This document shows positions 49,228 to 58,951 of a stretch of 64,000 nt of DNA, one piece after another (position 1 is the stretch's first letter; each line of letters starts with the position of its first letter). The stretch covers positions 4,768,001 through 4,832,000 of the forward strand of contig JASGHG010000001.1 in NCBI GenBank assembly GCA_047602425.1, in the 5' to 3' direction. A model generated the notes under the pieces. That model ran no database searches, was not told the origin of the DNA, and saw only the letters and a list, made by a program, of their open reading frames with translations. Both the position numbers and the translations under genes were made by a program. This stretch comes from Nibricoccus sp. (GTDB lineage: Bacteria > Verrucomicrobiota > Verrucomicrobiia > Opitutales > Opitutaceae).

Positions 49228-50349
49228 CTAACCCACCCCGAGCAAATACTCAGGATTCAGTTTGTGCAGGGCTTTCGGAACAAAGAGGCCGTCCTTGCGA
49301 ACAAGTTTGTCGTCAAACCAGATTTCGCCGCCACCGTATTCGGGGCGTTGGATGCAAACCATGTCCCAATGAACCTGCGATTTGTTGCCGTTGCCCACGC
49401 CTTCGTAAGCCTGGCCGGGCGTGAAATGAAAGGAGCCCGCGATCTTTTCGTCGAAAAGAATGTCGCGCATCGGATCGAGGATGTGCGGATTGAAACCCAG
49501 CGCAAATTCGCCGATGTAACGCGCGCCGGCATCGCTATCGAGGATTTCGTTTAGGCGCTTGGTGTTGGTTGAGGTCGCTTCGATCACCCGGCCTTGCTTG
49601 AACGCGAGGCGGATGTTGTCGAACGACTGGCCGAGATAAACCGTCGGCGCGTTGTACTGCACGTGGCCTTCCACGCTGTCCTTTACCGGGCAGGAAAACA
49701 CTTCGCCGTCGGGAATGTTGCGCAAACCGCCGCAGGGTTGCGCGCCGATACCCTTGATCGAAAAACGCAGGTCGGTACCCGGGCCTTTGATGTGCACTCG
49801 ATCAGTCGCCTTCATCAGATCGGCGAGCGCCTTCATGCCGGGAACCATGCGGCTGTAATCGAGCGTGCAGACTTTGAAATAAAAGTCCTCGAACCTCTCC
49901 GTGCTCAGGCCGGCCTGCTGCGCCATCGAGGGCGTGGGCCAGCGGAGGACAACCCATTTGGTTTTGCTCACGCGGTGATCGAGCACCGGCTTCATCAGGC
50001 GGCTGACGAGTTGCACCCGTTCGGGCGGCACGTCGGAGGCTTCGAAAATGTTGTCCGAGCCGCGCAGGGCGATGTACGCATCCATTTTTTGCATACGTTC
50101 CAACTCGACGGCAGCGTGCGGCGCGTATTGTTCCTCGGTGGCGCCCAGCGTCAGCTCGCGCGTGATGCGTGCGCGGTGAAGGTTCACGATGGGATGCGCG
50201 CCACGTTTGCGCGCCGCACGGATCAGGGCGACGACCATCGCATCGGGCACATCGAAAGCGTCGATCAGGACGCGTTCGCCTTTCTTAAGCGCGGTGGAGA
50301 ATGACGTCAGGCCTTCCGCGAGTTCGTTGAAACGAGGGTCGATGATCAT
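49228..50349 (-). CDS. Aminopeptidase, M29 family
   Basis: [37 protein letters not shown] motifs. Confidence 0.92.
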   Translation of the reverse strand: MIIDPRFNELAEGLTSFSTALKKGERVLIDAFDVPDAMVVALIRAARKRGAHPIVNLHRARITRELTLGATEEQYAPHAAVELERMQKMDAYIALRGSDNIFEASDVPPERVQLVSRLMKPVLDHRVSKTKWVVLRWPTPSMAQQAGLSTERFEDFYFKVCTLDYSRMVPGMKALADLMKATDRVHIKGPGTDLRFSIKGIGAQPCGGLRNIPDGEVFSCPVKDSVEGHVQYNAPTVYLGQSFDNIRLAFKQGRVIEATSTNTKRLNEILDSDAGARYIGEFALGFNPHILDPMRDILFDEKIAGSFHFTPGQAYEGVGNGNKSQVHWDMVCIQRPEYGGGEIWFDDKLVRKDGLFVPKALHKLNPEYLLGVG

Positions 50350-50358
50350 GGGTTGTGA

Positions 50359-51582
50359 TTAATTCGGTTTCTGATCGGTTTCCGCAAGCGGGAAAGGCGT
50401 GTGACTGCCCAGCTCCGGGAAGCAGATTTTACCCACCGCCTCATCGAAGTCGGCCGCGCCGCGGATGATATCGATTTCCAACCGCAAATAATACAGCGGC
50501 ACCGGACACGGCAGATGATCGGGCAAACGCACTGCGTCTTTTTCCGTCGTCACAATATAATCTACGCGTTGCTCAAGCGCTTCGCTGAAAATGCCGACCA
50601 AGTCCTCGTAGTTAAAGCGGTAGTGATCGAGGAAACGCTTCGTGTAACTGATCGTGGCGCCGAGATCTTTCAAAAACTTCTCGAAGCTCTCCGGCGTGGC
50701 GATGCCGCTGAAGGCGCCCACACGTTTGCCCTTGAGATGCGTGAGCGGCTGGCGCTCGTCGCTGTCGAACCGCTGCAAATACTGCGGCCGGTGCGCGCAC
50801 TCGATGATATCCACGCCGGGATTGTGCTCCTTGATCAGGTCCTCGAGCTCGGTGTCGCGCTGTCCATTGGACTTCGTCAAGAAAACGTAGCTGGCGCGCT
50901 TCAGATGCTTGATCGGTTCGCGGAGCACGCCGCGCGGAAGAAGAAAGCCGTTGCCAAACGGATTCGTTTTGTCGACGAGCAAAAGGTTCAGCCGGCCTTT
51001 GAGCGGCAGATATTGGAAACCATCGTCCAGCACCAAGGTGTCGCAGCCGAACTTCTTGATCGCATACGCGCCGGCCTTCACGCGGTTCTTGTCCACTAGT
51101 ACGATCACGCCGGGAAGGTTGCGCGCCAGCATGTACGGTTCGTCGCCGGCCTGCTCGGAGTTGAGCAAAACCTTTTCGCCATCGCTCACGATGCGCGGCG
51201 GCGGCTCGCTCGCGTGCGTGAGCCAGTTGAGCCATTTCTTCCAGATCGGCGGCGCCTTGCTCTTGTAACCGCGGCTGAGGATCGCGACTTTGCGTCCACG
51301 GTCGCGCAGCGCACGTGCAAATTTCTCCACCACCGGCGTCTTTCCCGTGCCGCCGACCGTGAGGTTTCCCACCACCACGACCAGACACCCCAGCGGTTGA
51401 TCGTGAAAAATCCGGTTGCGATAGAGCCACAGGCGCGCCTGGGCGATCCCGCTGAAAAGGTGTGACAACGACTGCAAAAACGCCGCGTAAATCGTCGCGC
51501 CCGTGCCCTCGGCCCGCCCGAAAATCACGTCGATCGTATACTGCTCGAACGTGTTGAATTTCTTCTGAAGCCAGGAAGACAT
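50359..51582 (-). CDS. lpxK: Tetraacyldisaccharide 4'-kinase
   Basis: [41 protein letters not shown] motifs. Confidence 0.95.
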   Translation of the reverse strand: MSSWLQKKFNTFEQYTIDVIFGRAEGTGATIYAAFLQSLSHLFSGIAQARLWLYRNRIFHDQPLGCLVVVVGNLTVGGTGKTPVVEKFARALRDRGRKVAILSRGYKSKAPPIWKKWLNWLTHASEPPPRIVSDGEKVLLNSEQAGDEPYMLARNLPGVIVLVDKNRVKAGAYAIKKFGCDTLVLDDGFQYLPLKGRLNLLLVDKTNPFGNGFLLPRGVLREPIKHLKRASYVFLTKSNGQRDTELEDLIKEHNPGVDIIECAHRPQYLQRFDSDERQPLTHLKGKRVGAFSGIATPESFEKFLKDLGATISYTKRFLDHYRFNYEDLVGIFSEALEQRVDYIVTTEKDAVRLPDHLPCPVPLYYLRLEIDIIRGAADFDEAVGKICFPELGSHTPFPLAETDQKPN

Positions 51583-51658
51583 GCGGGGGATTTGAAAGAT
51601 TGACGATGTCGGTGTAGGACGGTGTTCTATCAGGTTCTATCACGCCGATTACCACGCC

Positions 51659-52024
51659 ATGCAACTCAATCTACTCAAGTCGAAGATCCACCGCGCCGAG
51701 GTGACCGACCAAAGCCTCAACTACGAGGGCAGCCTCGCCATCGATATCGAGTTCATGGAAGCGGTCGGCCTGCGCACTTACGAACGCATCTTGATCAGCA
51801 ACATGGCCAACGGCGAGCGCTTCGAAACCTACGCCATCGCCGCTCCCGCCGGCTCCAAAACCATTTCCCTCAACGGCGCCACCGCTCTCCTCGGCAAAAA
51901 AGGCGACCTTCTCACGATCATGAACTTCGCCGTCGTGGACGAAAAGGAAGCCGCCAAATGGGAACCTCGCGTCCTTGTCCTCGGCGACGCCAATCGCAAG
52001 ATCATCAAGGTCTCGAAAAAGTAA
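51659..52024 (+). CDS. panD: Aspartate 1-decarboxylase
   Basis: KSKIHRA, YEGS self-cleavage site, [12 protein letters not shown]. Confidence 0.95.
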   Translation: MQLNLLKSKIHRAEVTDQSLNYEGSLAIDIEFMEAVGLRTYERILISNMANGERFETYAIAAPAGSKTISLNGATALLGKKGDLLTIMNFAVVDEKEAAKWEPRVLVLGDANRKIIKVSKK

Positions 52025-52234
52025 GTGCCCACCGCCGGTCGGAGCATCCGAAACCGCGGTTAAACCACTTATTTTCGCTGAGATTCACTGATAGAACGCC
52101 ACTTAAGCCAGAGAGGAAATGCATCCACCGAGTGAACGCCGTGGAGCACCCTCATGCACGGCGACTCCCTTATTGGTGCCTATAAGTGATAATAAGTGGT
52201 TATCTCTTCCCCGCAATTTAGGATCATACCCGCC

Positions 52235-53311
52235 GTGAGCTACAAGCTCTTCATCCCGGGCCCCGTTGCCGTCTCGGAAAAAACTTACCGGGCCATGGCG
52301 CAACCGCTGATCCCGCACCGCAGCTCTGAATTCGTCGCACTCTACCGAAACATCCAGTCCGGCCTGCAAGCGCTCTTCGCCACCAGCGACCCCATTTACC
52401 TCAGCACCAGCAGTTCGTGGGCTGTAATGGAAGCGTCGATACGCAACGTCACGAAAAAGAAAGTGCTCGCCTGCATGAACGGCGCTTTCTCTGACAAATG
52501 GTTCGACGTCGCCCAGCGCAACGGCCTCGCCGCCGGCTCCCTCCACTTCGACTGGGGCCAGCCAGTCGATCCCGACGCGCTTCGCCGCGAACTCGCCACC
52601 GGCCAGTACGACGCCGTCACGCTCATCCACAACGAAACCTCCACCGGCACCATGAGCGACCTCCCTGCGCTCGCCGCCGTGCTCCGCGATTTCCCCGAAG
52701 TCATCTCCATCGTCGACGTCGTCAGTTCCTTCAGCGCGCTCCCGCTGCCGAAGGACGCCCTTGGCCTCGACATCATGATCGCCGGCTCGCAAAAAGCCCT
52801 CGCTCTCCCACCCGGCCTCGCGCTCTGCTCCGTTTCGAAACGCGCCCTCGACCGCGCTGCGACCATCGCGAACCGCGGCTACTATTTCGACTTCCTCGAA
52901 TTCCAGCGCAACCATGAGCAGGGCATGACCCCCACCACCCCAACCATCGCCCATATCTACGCGCTCCAATCGAAACTCGAAGACATCGCCGCCGAAGGTT
53001 TGGAAAACCGCTACACCCGTCACACCCGCCTCAACCAAACCGTCCGCGCCTGGGGCCGCGCCCGAGGCTTCAAACTTCTCCCTGAAGAACAGTTCGGCTC
53101 CATCACGCTCAACTGCTTCGTCAACGACCACGCCCTCGACCTCCCCGCGCTCAACCAACTCCTAAAGACAAAGCACGCCCTCGCAATCGACACCGGCTAC
53201 GGCAAATTGAAGGGAAAAACCTTCCGCCTCTCCAACATGGGCGACGAAACCGACGCCACCATCGCAGAACTGCTCAACGCACTGGACGAGGTTTTTAACG
53301 GATTCCTCTGA
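52235..53311 (+). CDS. Class V PLP-dependent aminotransferase (alanine/serine-glyoxylate type)
   Basis: LFIPGP, HNETSTG, VDVVSS, GSQKAL..PPG motifs; GTG start at 52235. Confidence 0.9.
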   Translation: MSYKLFIPGPVAVSEKTYRAMAQPLIPHRSSEFVALYRNIQSGLQALFATSDPIYLSTSSSWAVMEASIRNVTKKKVLACMNGAFSDKWFDVAQRNGLAAGSLHFDWGQPVDPDALRRELATGQYDAVTLIHNETSTGTMSDLPALAAVLRDFPEVISIVDVVSSFSALPLPKDALGLDIMIAGSQKALALPPGLALCSVSKRALDRAATIANRGYYFDFLEFQRNHEQGMTPTTPTIAHIYALQSKLEDIAAEGLENRYTRHTRLNQTVRAWGRARGFKLLPEEQFGSITLNCFVNDHALDLPALNQLLKTKHALAIDTGYGKLKGKTFRLSNMGDETDATIAELLNALDEVFNGFL

Positions 53312-53400
53312 ATCCTTTTTCGCGCTTTTGCGTGAAATGCCTTATACCATTTACTCCCTGTGGGGCCAAATGCCCCGAAGCTCGCTTAGGCTTGGTGAGT

Positions 53401-53461
53401 TGTAGGAGCGGGTTTATCCCGCGATGGTTCGGAAAAATCGCGGCGTAAAGCCGCTCCTACA
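53401..53461. repeat. GTAG-type REP doublet (inverted pair)
   Basis: TGTAGGAGCGGGTTTATCCCGCGAT ... ATCGCGGCGTAAAGCCGCTCCTACA. Confidence 0.8.
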
Positions 53462-53520
53462 ATTTCGGCATGCCTCGGGGCTTGCCCCGAGGATCTTTAC
53501 TACTGGGTCTGCATCAAAAA

Positions 53521-53575
53521 GGTAGGGGTAATGCTCCGTCATTGCCCGAGGACAATGCGGAGCATTGTCCCTACC
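53521..53575. repeat. GTAG-type REP doublet, different family
   Basis: GGTAGGGGTAATGCTCCGTCATTGCCC..GGACAATGCGGAGCATTGTCCCTACC. Confidence 0.75.
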
Positions 53576-53934
53576 GGCACTACCGTGCCAAAGTGTCAAA
53601 TCAAGAGGTAAATGGTATTAATCATACACGCGAAAAAGTTGGAAAACCAAACCACCAGCTATGAGGCCGCAGCATCCCCGCCCATAGGACAAATCATAAA
53701 AAACTTTAGCGCGTTTTTCCCCGCAAACCATCTAGTAGCAGTGCTCCACGTGGTAACCGAAATTTGAATACCCGCAACTTCGGACGCATTGGCCCGTCGA
53801 TTTTCCGTTTCAGCCGCCCTGCAAGCATGGATTTTGCTCAAAGGAATCGTATGCCCATCGGCTTCTCACGCATCTTCACCCACACACAGAAATGGCTGTC
53901 ACCCTCACTTAGGGCGAACACGGACAGTTTGCCC

Positions 53935-54990
53935 ATGGAGGAAACAGTCTCGAATAATCCTCTGTCCGATCAAAACGCCCTGCACCTCGACCGCATCGCG
54001 CGTGCCTCGATCCAGCTTGCCTCGCTCGGACCGCAGCTCGCCTCCCTCGCCGGAGAACTCGAAAAGAAAGCGCAGGAACAGGCACGTCGCGCCGCATCCG
54101 CAGCCGACACCATGCTGGCCCTCACCGCGGATTTGCAGAAAGCAGTTGAAGAATTGAAGGCCGCCTCCACGCAGGTCGGAGGGTCGCTTGGCACGGTTGA
54201 ACAAATCGCGTTGCACACCCGGATTCTTTCGCTCAACGCCAGCATCGAGGCCGCGCGTGCCGGCGTGCACGGAAGAGGCTTCGCCGTGGTTGTCGACGAA
54301 GTGCAAAAACTCGCCGACCGCACGGGGAAAACGACCAAGGACATTGAGCAGCGCGTAAGCGAGATGCAGGCAAGCATCGTGCGCGTGGCCGACGTCACTG
54401 CTGCGACAAAATCGATTCCCGCGAGCGCACGCACCATAGGCGCCGTAAATGGAGAAGTGCAGGGCATCGCCTCGCTTGCCGCCGGTCAGCTCGATGGCGC
54501 CCGGTCCCTGCACAGCACAAGCAACGACATCAACAGCCTGGCCGAACTACTGCTTATCGCTGTCGGTAACTTTCGTTTTCAGGCCCATCATGAAGCCGAG
54601 GCGTTCGTCGCGGAACTTCTGCCCGAACTTCTGGTTTCCGATGGAAGTCGCGAAGACCTGGAAACAAAAATCGCCCACTGGCTCACATCCAACCCGTGCT
54701 TCGAACTCGCCTATATCACCGATGGCGAGGGACGCCAGATCGTCGACAACCTCGTGCGCACCGAACACCAGATCGCGCGCGACCGCACTGCCCGCGGCCG
54801 CAATTGGTCCGATCGCCCTTGGTTCATAGAAGCGCGTTCGTGCGACGGCATTGTTTCAACCGATATCTACCGCTCGACAGCCAACAACAGCTTTTGCTTC
54901 ACCGTTTCCACCGCTGTCCGCGATATCGCCGGGGAAGTCCTCTATGTTTTCGGCTCCGATGTGAATTTCCAATGCCTCGTTTCACGGTAG
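53935..54990 (+). CDS. Soluble methyl-accepting chemotaxis protein with a C-terminal Cache/PDC-like domain
   Basis: [33 protein letters not shown] signalling hairpin; no TM; C-terminal [24 protein letters not shown]. Confidence 0.88.
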   Translation: MEETVSNNPLSDQNALHLDRIARASIQLASLGPQLASLAGELEKKAQEQARRAASAADTMLALTADLQKAVEELKAASTQVGGSLGTVEQIALHTRILSLNASIEAARAGVHGRGFAVVVDEVQKLADRTGKTTKDIEQRVSEMQASIVRVADVTAATKSIPASARTIGAVNGEVQGIASLAAGQLDGARSLHSTSNDINSLAELLLIAVGNFRFQAHHEAEAFVAELLPELLVSDGSREDLETKIAHWLTSNPCFELAYITDGEGRQIVDNLVRTEHQIARDRTARGRNWSDRPWFIEARSCDGIVSTDIYRSTANNSFCFTVSTAVRDIAGEVLYVFGSDVNFQCLVSR

Positions 54991-55021
54991 TCGCAGTCAG
55001 CAACGGTTCGTGCGAGCGCAT

Positions 55022-55231
55022 CCGCAATTCGCCCTCACGTTCGCACAGCTCCCACACCCCTTCCCGCAGCTCACGCTGACATCGTCGCAACAGGCTCAAA
55101 CAGCTTCGCGCCTCACCACGACGCCGAAACAACTCATCCCTACCGCCAGACAACTCATCCGAACAACCTCGCACCTCACCCGAACAGAAAAACAGCTCGC
55201 TCGAACAAGAAAACAACTCGTTCGGGCATAA
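55022..55231. repeat. Degenerate 21-nt tandem repeat, about 10 units
   Basis: Units such as aaacaactcatccctaccgcc, agacaactcatccgaacaacc, aaacagctcgctcgaacaaga, aaacaactcgttcgggcataa. Confidence 0.7.
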
Positions 55232-55244
55232 AACAACTGACTGA

Positions 55245-55330
55245 GGTAGGGACGGACCGCCGGGCCGTCCGGTTATGCGCGAGCAACTCGTTAGCAACGT
55301 TGACGGACGACCTGGCAGGTCGTCCCTACC
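55245..55330. repeat. 86-bp REPIN (GTAG REP doublet)
   Basis: GGTAGGGACG...CGTCCCTACC; near-identical copy at 61804-61889. Confidence 0.85.
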
Positions 55331-55366
55331 TTGTGCCTGCGCCCCGCGGACTCCGCCAATGCGCCC

Positions 55367-55395
55367 AACGCCCTCCCTCACCGGAGGGCGTTTTT
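55367..55395 (+). terminator. Rho-independent terminator-like hairpin
   Basis: AACGCCCTCC-CTCACC-GGAGGGCGTT followed by TTT. Confidence 0.6.
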
Positions 55396-55411
55396 GTTCC
55401 GACAAACAACT

Positions 55412-55500
55412 GGTGGATCGCGACGTCCCCGGCGCGATGATCGACGTCGCCGGCTATTCATCGCCGTCCCAACCAGCGTGCCGGGACCTCGCGCTCCACC
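55412..55500. repeat. GTGG-type REP-like inverted pair
   Basis: GGTGGATCGCGACGTCCCCGGCGCG ... CGTGCCGGGACCTCGCGCTCCACC. Confidence 0.6.
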
Positions 55501-55648
55501 AACAATCATATTTCAGTGGGCCTTCTGCCCTCAACCACCCCGACTACAAAACTCGCTCCTTTCCCAAATACCCCTTGAGTCTGCCGTCCAAATTCCTAGA
55601 ACTAGCCGCAACCACCACGGAGGACCTCCAGCCACCTCAAACAGCAAA

Positions 55649-56158
55649 ATGAATCCTGAAGCCAAAGCTATACTGGACAAGGTCGCTTCGACGTCCGATT
55701 TCGGCTACGTTGATTTCACCGACATCAATACTACGAATGAGCTGGGCGAGAATGCTCTTCACTGCGTGATCGTCTGGGATGATTTGGCCGCCGCCCGCGT
55801 CTTGATCGAAAATGGGATTAATCTGAACCAGCGGGGTGAAGATGGTCGAACGCCTCTTGTGCAGGCTATTGACTTTGGAAATTTGGAGATGATTGAGCTT
55901 CTTCTGAAATCTGGAGCCGATTCATCGATTCGGCCAGATGGCGAACCGCCTTTCACATATGCGAAGCTGATGGGGCGAGAAGATATTTGTCAGCTTATCT
56001 CGAAGTATCCTTCCCAGACTAAAGATGAATCTACGACGAGAAAGATTCGTCACATGCAAAGACTGACAGAGTCCATGGAGAAGCTTGAGCAGCAGATTGC
56101 GAGAGAGTGTGGACCAAAAACAGAGGCGAATACAGTCGCTACAGCACAACGCCTATGA
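55649..56158 (+). CDS. Ankyrin-repeat protein (cassette 1)
   Basis: GENALHC, GRTPLVQA..GNLEMIELLLKSGAD, GEPPFTYA; ATG 55649; visibly lower GC than the flanking genes. Confidence 0.85.
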   Translation: MNPEAKAILDKVASTSDFGYVDFTDINTTNELGENALHCVIVWDDLAAARVLIENGINLNQRGEDGRTPLVQAIDFGNLEMIELLLKSGADSSIRPDGEPPFTYAKLMGREDICQLISKYPSQTKDESTTRKIRHMQRLTESMEKLEQQIARECGPKTEANTVATAQRL

Positions 56159-56217
56159 TCACATCCGTCCTTTTAATCTCGGCTCACCAGTACGGCGTGG
56201 CTCACTTAACGTTAGCC
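56125..56217 (+). mobile_element. attC-like integron recombination site 1 (degenerate inverse core)
   Basis: GGCGAAT...CAGCACAACGCC ... GGCGTGGCTCAC..AAC-GTTAGCC; the next ATG follows 6 nt later. Confidence 0.6.
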
Positions 56218-56223
56218 AAATTT

Positions 56224-56766
56224 ATGCGCTATATAACCTTCATCATGGTTTTGATGATTTGCTGCTCCTGCTCGTCGATACCAAATGCACATGTCACGAC
56301 TCGTCCGGCGCGAATATTGCTCACAAAGCCTTTGCGAATCTACTTCGACCCTGGCCCCGTGATGTCAGAGGCGGTGTTCGACCTGCCCGCTGGGATATAC
56401 GATTTCGCGCTAGAGAACGCAGGTTGGGTCTATTATGTCAATGAACGTGATCCGATAAAGAAGAGTTCAGCGAAGTACAAGAGGGACCCCTTGCTTCGGT
56501 TTGGCGGTATTCGAATGAAAAAGAGCGTTGGTGCTTGGAGCAGCTTCATGCTTGTTACAGCGGAAGACCTATCTGATGCACGGGCTCCAGGACTTGCACT
56601 ATTAACTGAAGATAAAATTGGAGGAAAGTACGTCTGGTTTGGTGCAAGGATTGGTCGTACAGATGAAAATGGTAAGCTGGTTTCTATAGATGTGCACACT
56701 GAATGGGGCTCTCCAGAGGATTTGTCCGGTATTATTTTGGAAGGTAGCGTTCCCTTCAAAAAATAG
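56224..56766 (+). CDS. Hypothetical lipoprotein-like protein (cassette 2)
   Basis: MRYITFIMVLMICCSCSS lipobox-like leader; flanked by attC-like sites. Confidence 0.7.
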   Translation: MRYITFIMVLMICCSCSSIPNAHVTTRPARILLTKPLRIYFDPGPVMSEAVFDLPAGIYDFALENAGWVYYVNERDPIKKSSAKYKRDPLLRFGGIRMKKSVGAWSSFMLVTAEDLSDARAPGLALLTEDKIGGKYVWFGARIGRTDENGKLVSIDVHTEWGSPEDLSGIILEGSVPFKK

Positions 56767-56769
56767 CCT

Positions 56770-56866
56770 GGCGAACCAGGCGCATACTGCCAACGGCTAC
56801 ATCCGTCACGATTACTGCTGCGCAGGACTCGCACCGGCTGTAGCCGCGGCAGATATAACGTTCGGC
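56770..56866 (+). mobile_element. attC-like site 2
   Basis: GGCGAAC just after the stop; arms CTGCCAACGGCTACA / TGTAGCCGCGGCAG pair with one extra base; ends AAC-GTTCGGC. Confidence 0.72.
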
Positions 56867-56877
56867 AAAAGAAATAT

Positions 56878-57246
56878 ATGAAGTGCTATATCCTTATGTG
56901 CTTATTTGCAGCTTTCCTCATGCCGGTGAAAGCCGACATGCCGTCTCTCGAAAAACGGGTTGCGGCGCTGGAGCAAGAAGTCGCCAACCTGAAGGAAGAA
57001 AATCGGAAGCTTAAAGAGTCAGCGGTGAATTTCCTGTCGGCGGAACTCGCGAAGAAAGAAACTGAGCATGCGAGATTTGTTTATCGCACGCAGATACTGC
57101 CGATGGTGAAGAGTCTTGTCGCTGACTTTGGATCAACGCCGCCAGTGTTCCCAAAAGAAGAAGAAATCGTGACTTTGGCTGATGCCTATCGCCCATACGC
57201 AGAATTGATGACTTCGCTTGCGAAAACCATAGGTAGCGACAAATGA
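56878..57246 (+). CDS. Small secreted coiled-coil hypothetical protein (cassette 3)
   Basis: Signal peptide ending VKA-D; LEKRVAALEQEVANLKEEN coiled coil. Confidence 0.7.
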   Translation: MKCYILMCLFAAFLMPVKADMPSLEKRVAALEQEVANLKEENRKLKESAVNFLSAELAKKETEHARFVYRTQILPMVKSLVADFGSTPPVFPKEEEIVTLADAYRPYAELMTSLAKTIGSDK

Positions 57247-57253
57247 AAACGGA

Positions 57254-57279
57254 GCCCAACCAAAGCCAGAGGCCAACGG
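57254..57279 (+). mobile_element. Left arm only of a third attC-like site
   Basis: GCCCAAC-CAAAGCCAGAGGCCAACGG parallels the left arms of sites 1 and 2; no matching right arm is visible. Confidence 0.5.
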
Positions 57280-57299
57280 TGCAAACGAAATGATCATGT

Positions 57300-57463
57300 G
57301 ATGGGCAAGATTTAGCGAGAGGAGCGCAGCGTTGATGAAGGCAGAGAAGGTAGCGGGAGTCGTTGTAGGGGATATGGTCGTGCCAGCATTTCCAGAGGAT
57401 GCGGATCCATTTGAAGGCGAGGGTGCGCAGGATACGCCTGATGGCCCTTGCCCGCTCGTTCCC
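57300..57463 (-). pseudogene. IS110-family transposase C-terminal remnant (frameshifted)
   Basis: Manual translation: AGKGHQA / ILRTLAFKWIRILWKCWHDHIPYNDSRYL, matching the typical IS110 C-terminal helix. Confidence 0.7.
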
Positions 57464-58747
57464 TCAGTGAAACCCCAGCCAATACAACACACGCGGCAGC
57501 ACGTGGAGATTTCCGATGATTAGCCACGCCCAAGGGCTCCGGCTGGAGGTTTCGGAGCGGACGAGCAAAAGATTAAACGCCACGTGCAGCGGCAGCAGGT
57601 GGCGGGTTACGGTGTAGAAGGCCTCCCACGTCGCCCAACCGAGGCACAGGCCGAGCGTGCCGGCCAGCAGGCCCCAGCGCCAGAGGGCGTCGTTCCAGCG
57701 CGGTTTTGTTAGAAGGAAAATCATCTGCGTCACCACCGAGACGATCAACACGCTGCATTGAATGGCGGGATGCAGGATCAAATCCGAAACACTTGCCACC
57801 GGCTGAGCCGACAGGTGCGCGGCGATTTCCTTCAGGCGCGTGAACAGGCCCGACAACGGCAGTCCGAGATTACCGCCGTCCACCCCCGCGCCGCCTCCGC
57901 CGAAACGCAGGTGCAACGAAACCATCCATACCGCCAAGGGTGTCACACAGATCGCGCCGTCGAGGATCCAACGCAGGCCGTTCTTTTTCCAATCGCGCAA
58001 GTCCCCCACCCGGCCCGGCCAGGCGAGCAGTGTCGTTTCGCGGCCAAGCGCGGCGAGGCTCAGCATGATGGCGCCACCGAAACCGGCGAGGCTCAGCGAG
58101 GCGAACGCCAGCAAGAACGCCGGCAGGTCAGTCACCGCGCGGCTCGCCGATTCAACGGCACCCGGACCGAGCACAATGGCAAGAAAAGCGCCGACTCTCT
58201 TTGCCTCGTAGGGCTCGACCTTGGTCGACGCCCTTTCACCGTTGCTCACGGCAAGGCACGGACCAAGGTCCGGCCCTACAACATCGGCCGGAACCGGTCG
58301 CAGTATCCGCCACGTCACGACACCGAGCGCGAGCCAGGCGACGAGGTTGATCAGCGGGTAAACCCACAGCGCAAGCCACGCCTGTCCGCCGGCGCTGAAG
58401 AGCCACGTTGCGAGCGGCAGCAAAATCCGACGCGGGCGCACGGATTGGTTGTCCATCGCGGCGGGCGTTTCCGGTTTAAGCAACAGCGGGTCGGTGCCGA
58501 GCTGCACGTAGAATTGGGCGTCAAAGCCGTAGCCTTGGTGCACATGATGCGGTTGGGCTCGAATGGCCGGCACCGCCGTCGCTTCGAACTCGCTGCCAAA
58601 TCGGATCAGCGGCGTCAGGTCTCCGTATTTCGCGAGGCAGCGGATGTAGCCCGAAAGAATCACCGCGAGAGCCAAACCAGCCGCGATCCACCAAACCCGG
58701 TTGCGCGTTTGACGGCGTTGCGTCGCGTTCGTCGCGGTCGGGGGCAT
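57464..58747 (-). CDS. Polytopic membrane protein, GT-C-like (AZOBR_p60025-type cell-surface glycopolymer protein)
   Basis: GYGFDAQFYVQLGTDPLL, RPRRILLP, LGRET motifs; many TMs; ATG 58747. Confidence 0.6.
   Translation of the reverse strand: MPPTATNATQRRQTRNRVWWIAAGLALAVILSGYIRCLAKYGDLTPLIRFGSEFEATAVPAIRAQPHHVHQGYGFDAQFYVQLGTDPLLLKPETPAAMDNQSVRPRRILLPLATWLFSAGGQAWLALWVYPLINLVAWLALGVVTWRILRPVPADVVGPDLGPCLAVSNGERASTKVEPYEAKRVGAFLAIVLGPGAVESASRAVTDLPAFLLAFASLSLAGFGGAIMLSLAALGRETTLLAWPGRVGDLRDWKKNGLRWILDGAICVTPLAVWMVSLHLRFGGGGAGVDGGNLGLPLSGLFTRLKEIAAHLSAQPVASVSDLILHPAIQCSVLIVSVVTQMIFLLTKPRWNDALWRWGLLAGTLGLCLGWATWEAFYTVTRHLLPLHVAFNLLLVRSETSSRSPWAWLIIGNLHVLPRVLYWLGFH
58208..58279. repeat. 72-bp GTAG REP doublet inserted in-frame inside the membrane protein gene
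   Basis: GTAGGGCTCGACCTTGGTCGACGCC ... GGCACGGACCAAGGTCCGGCCCTAC. Confidence 0.75.
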
Positions 58748-58951
58748 GGGAGCTGCGCTTTCGGAAATTGGCACTTGGCTGATCAAACGAACCGAAAAAA
58801 TTTTAACAACTGCAATCAAAGCGGGTGAAAAGTGCATTTTCCCGAGGTAAATTGGCCCTGTGGCGGCGCGAAAAATACGCTCCACTTTTTTGACACAGCG
58901 AAAACTCGTGCTTGAAATTGTCCGCGCGCCTCCCTAACCGCTCCCGTCCTC

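Noticed and set aside
55022..55500. Possible CRISPR array
   Set aside because: No identical direct repeats with unique spacers and no cas genes; explained by a degenerate tandem repeat and REPs.
55331..55648. N-terminal extension of the ankyrin ORF
   Set aside because: Runs through a terminator and a REP-like repeat; the real start is ATG 55649.
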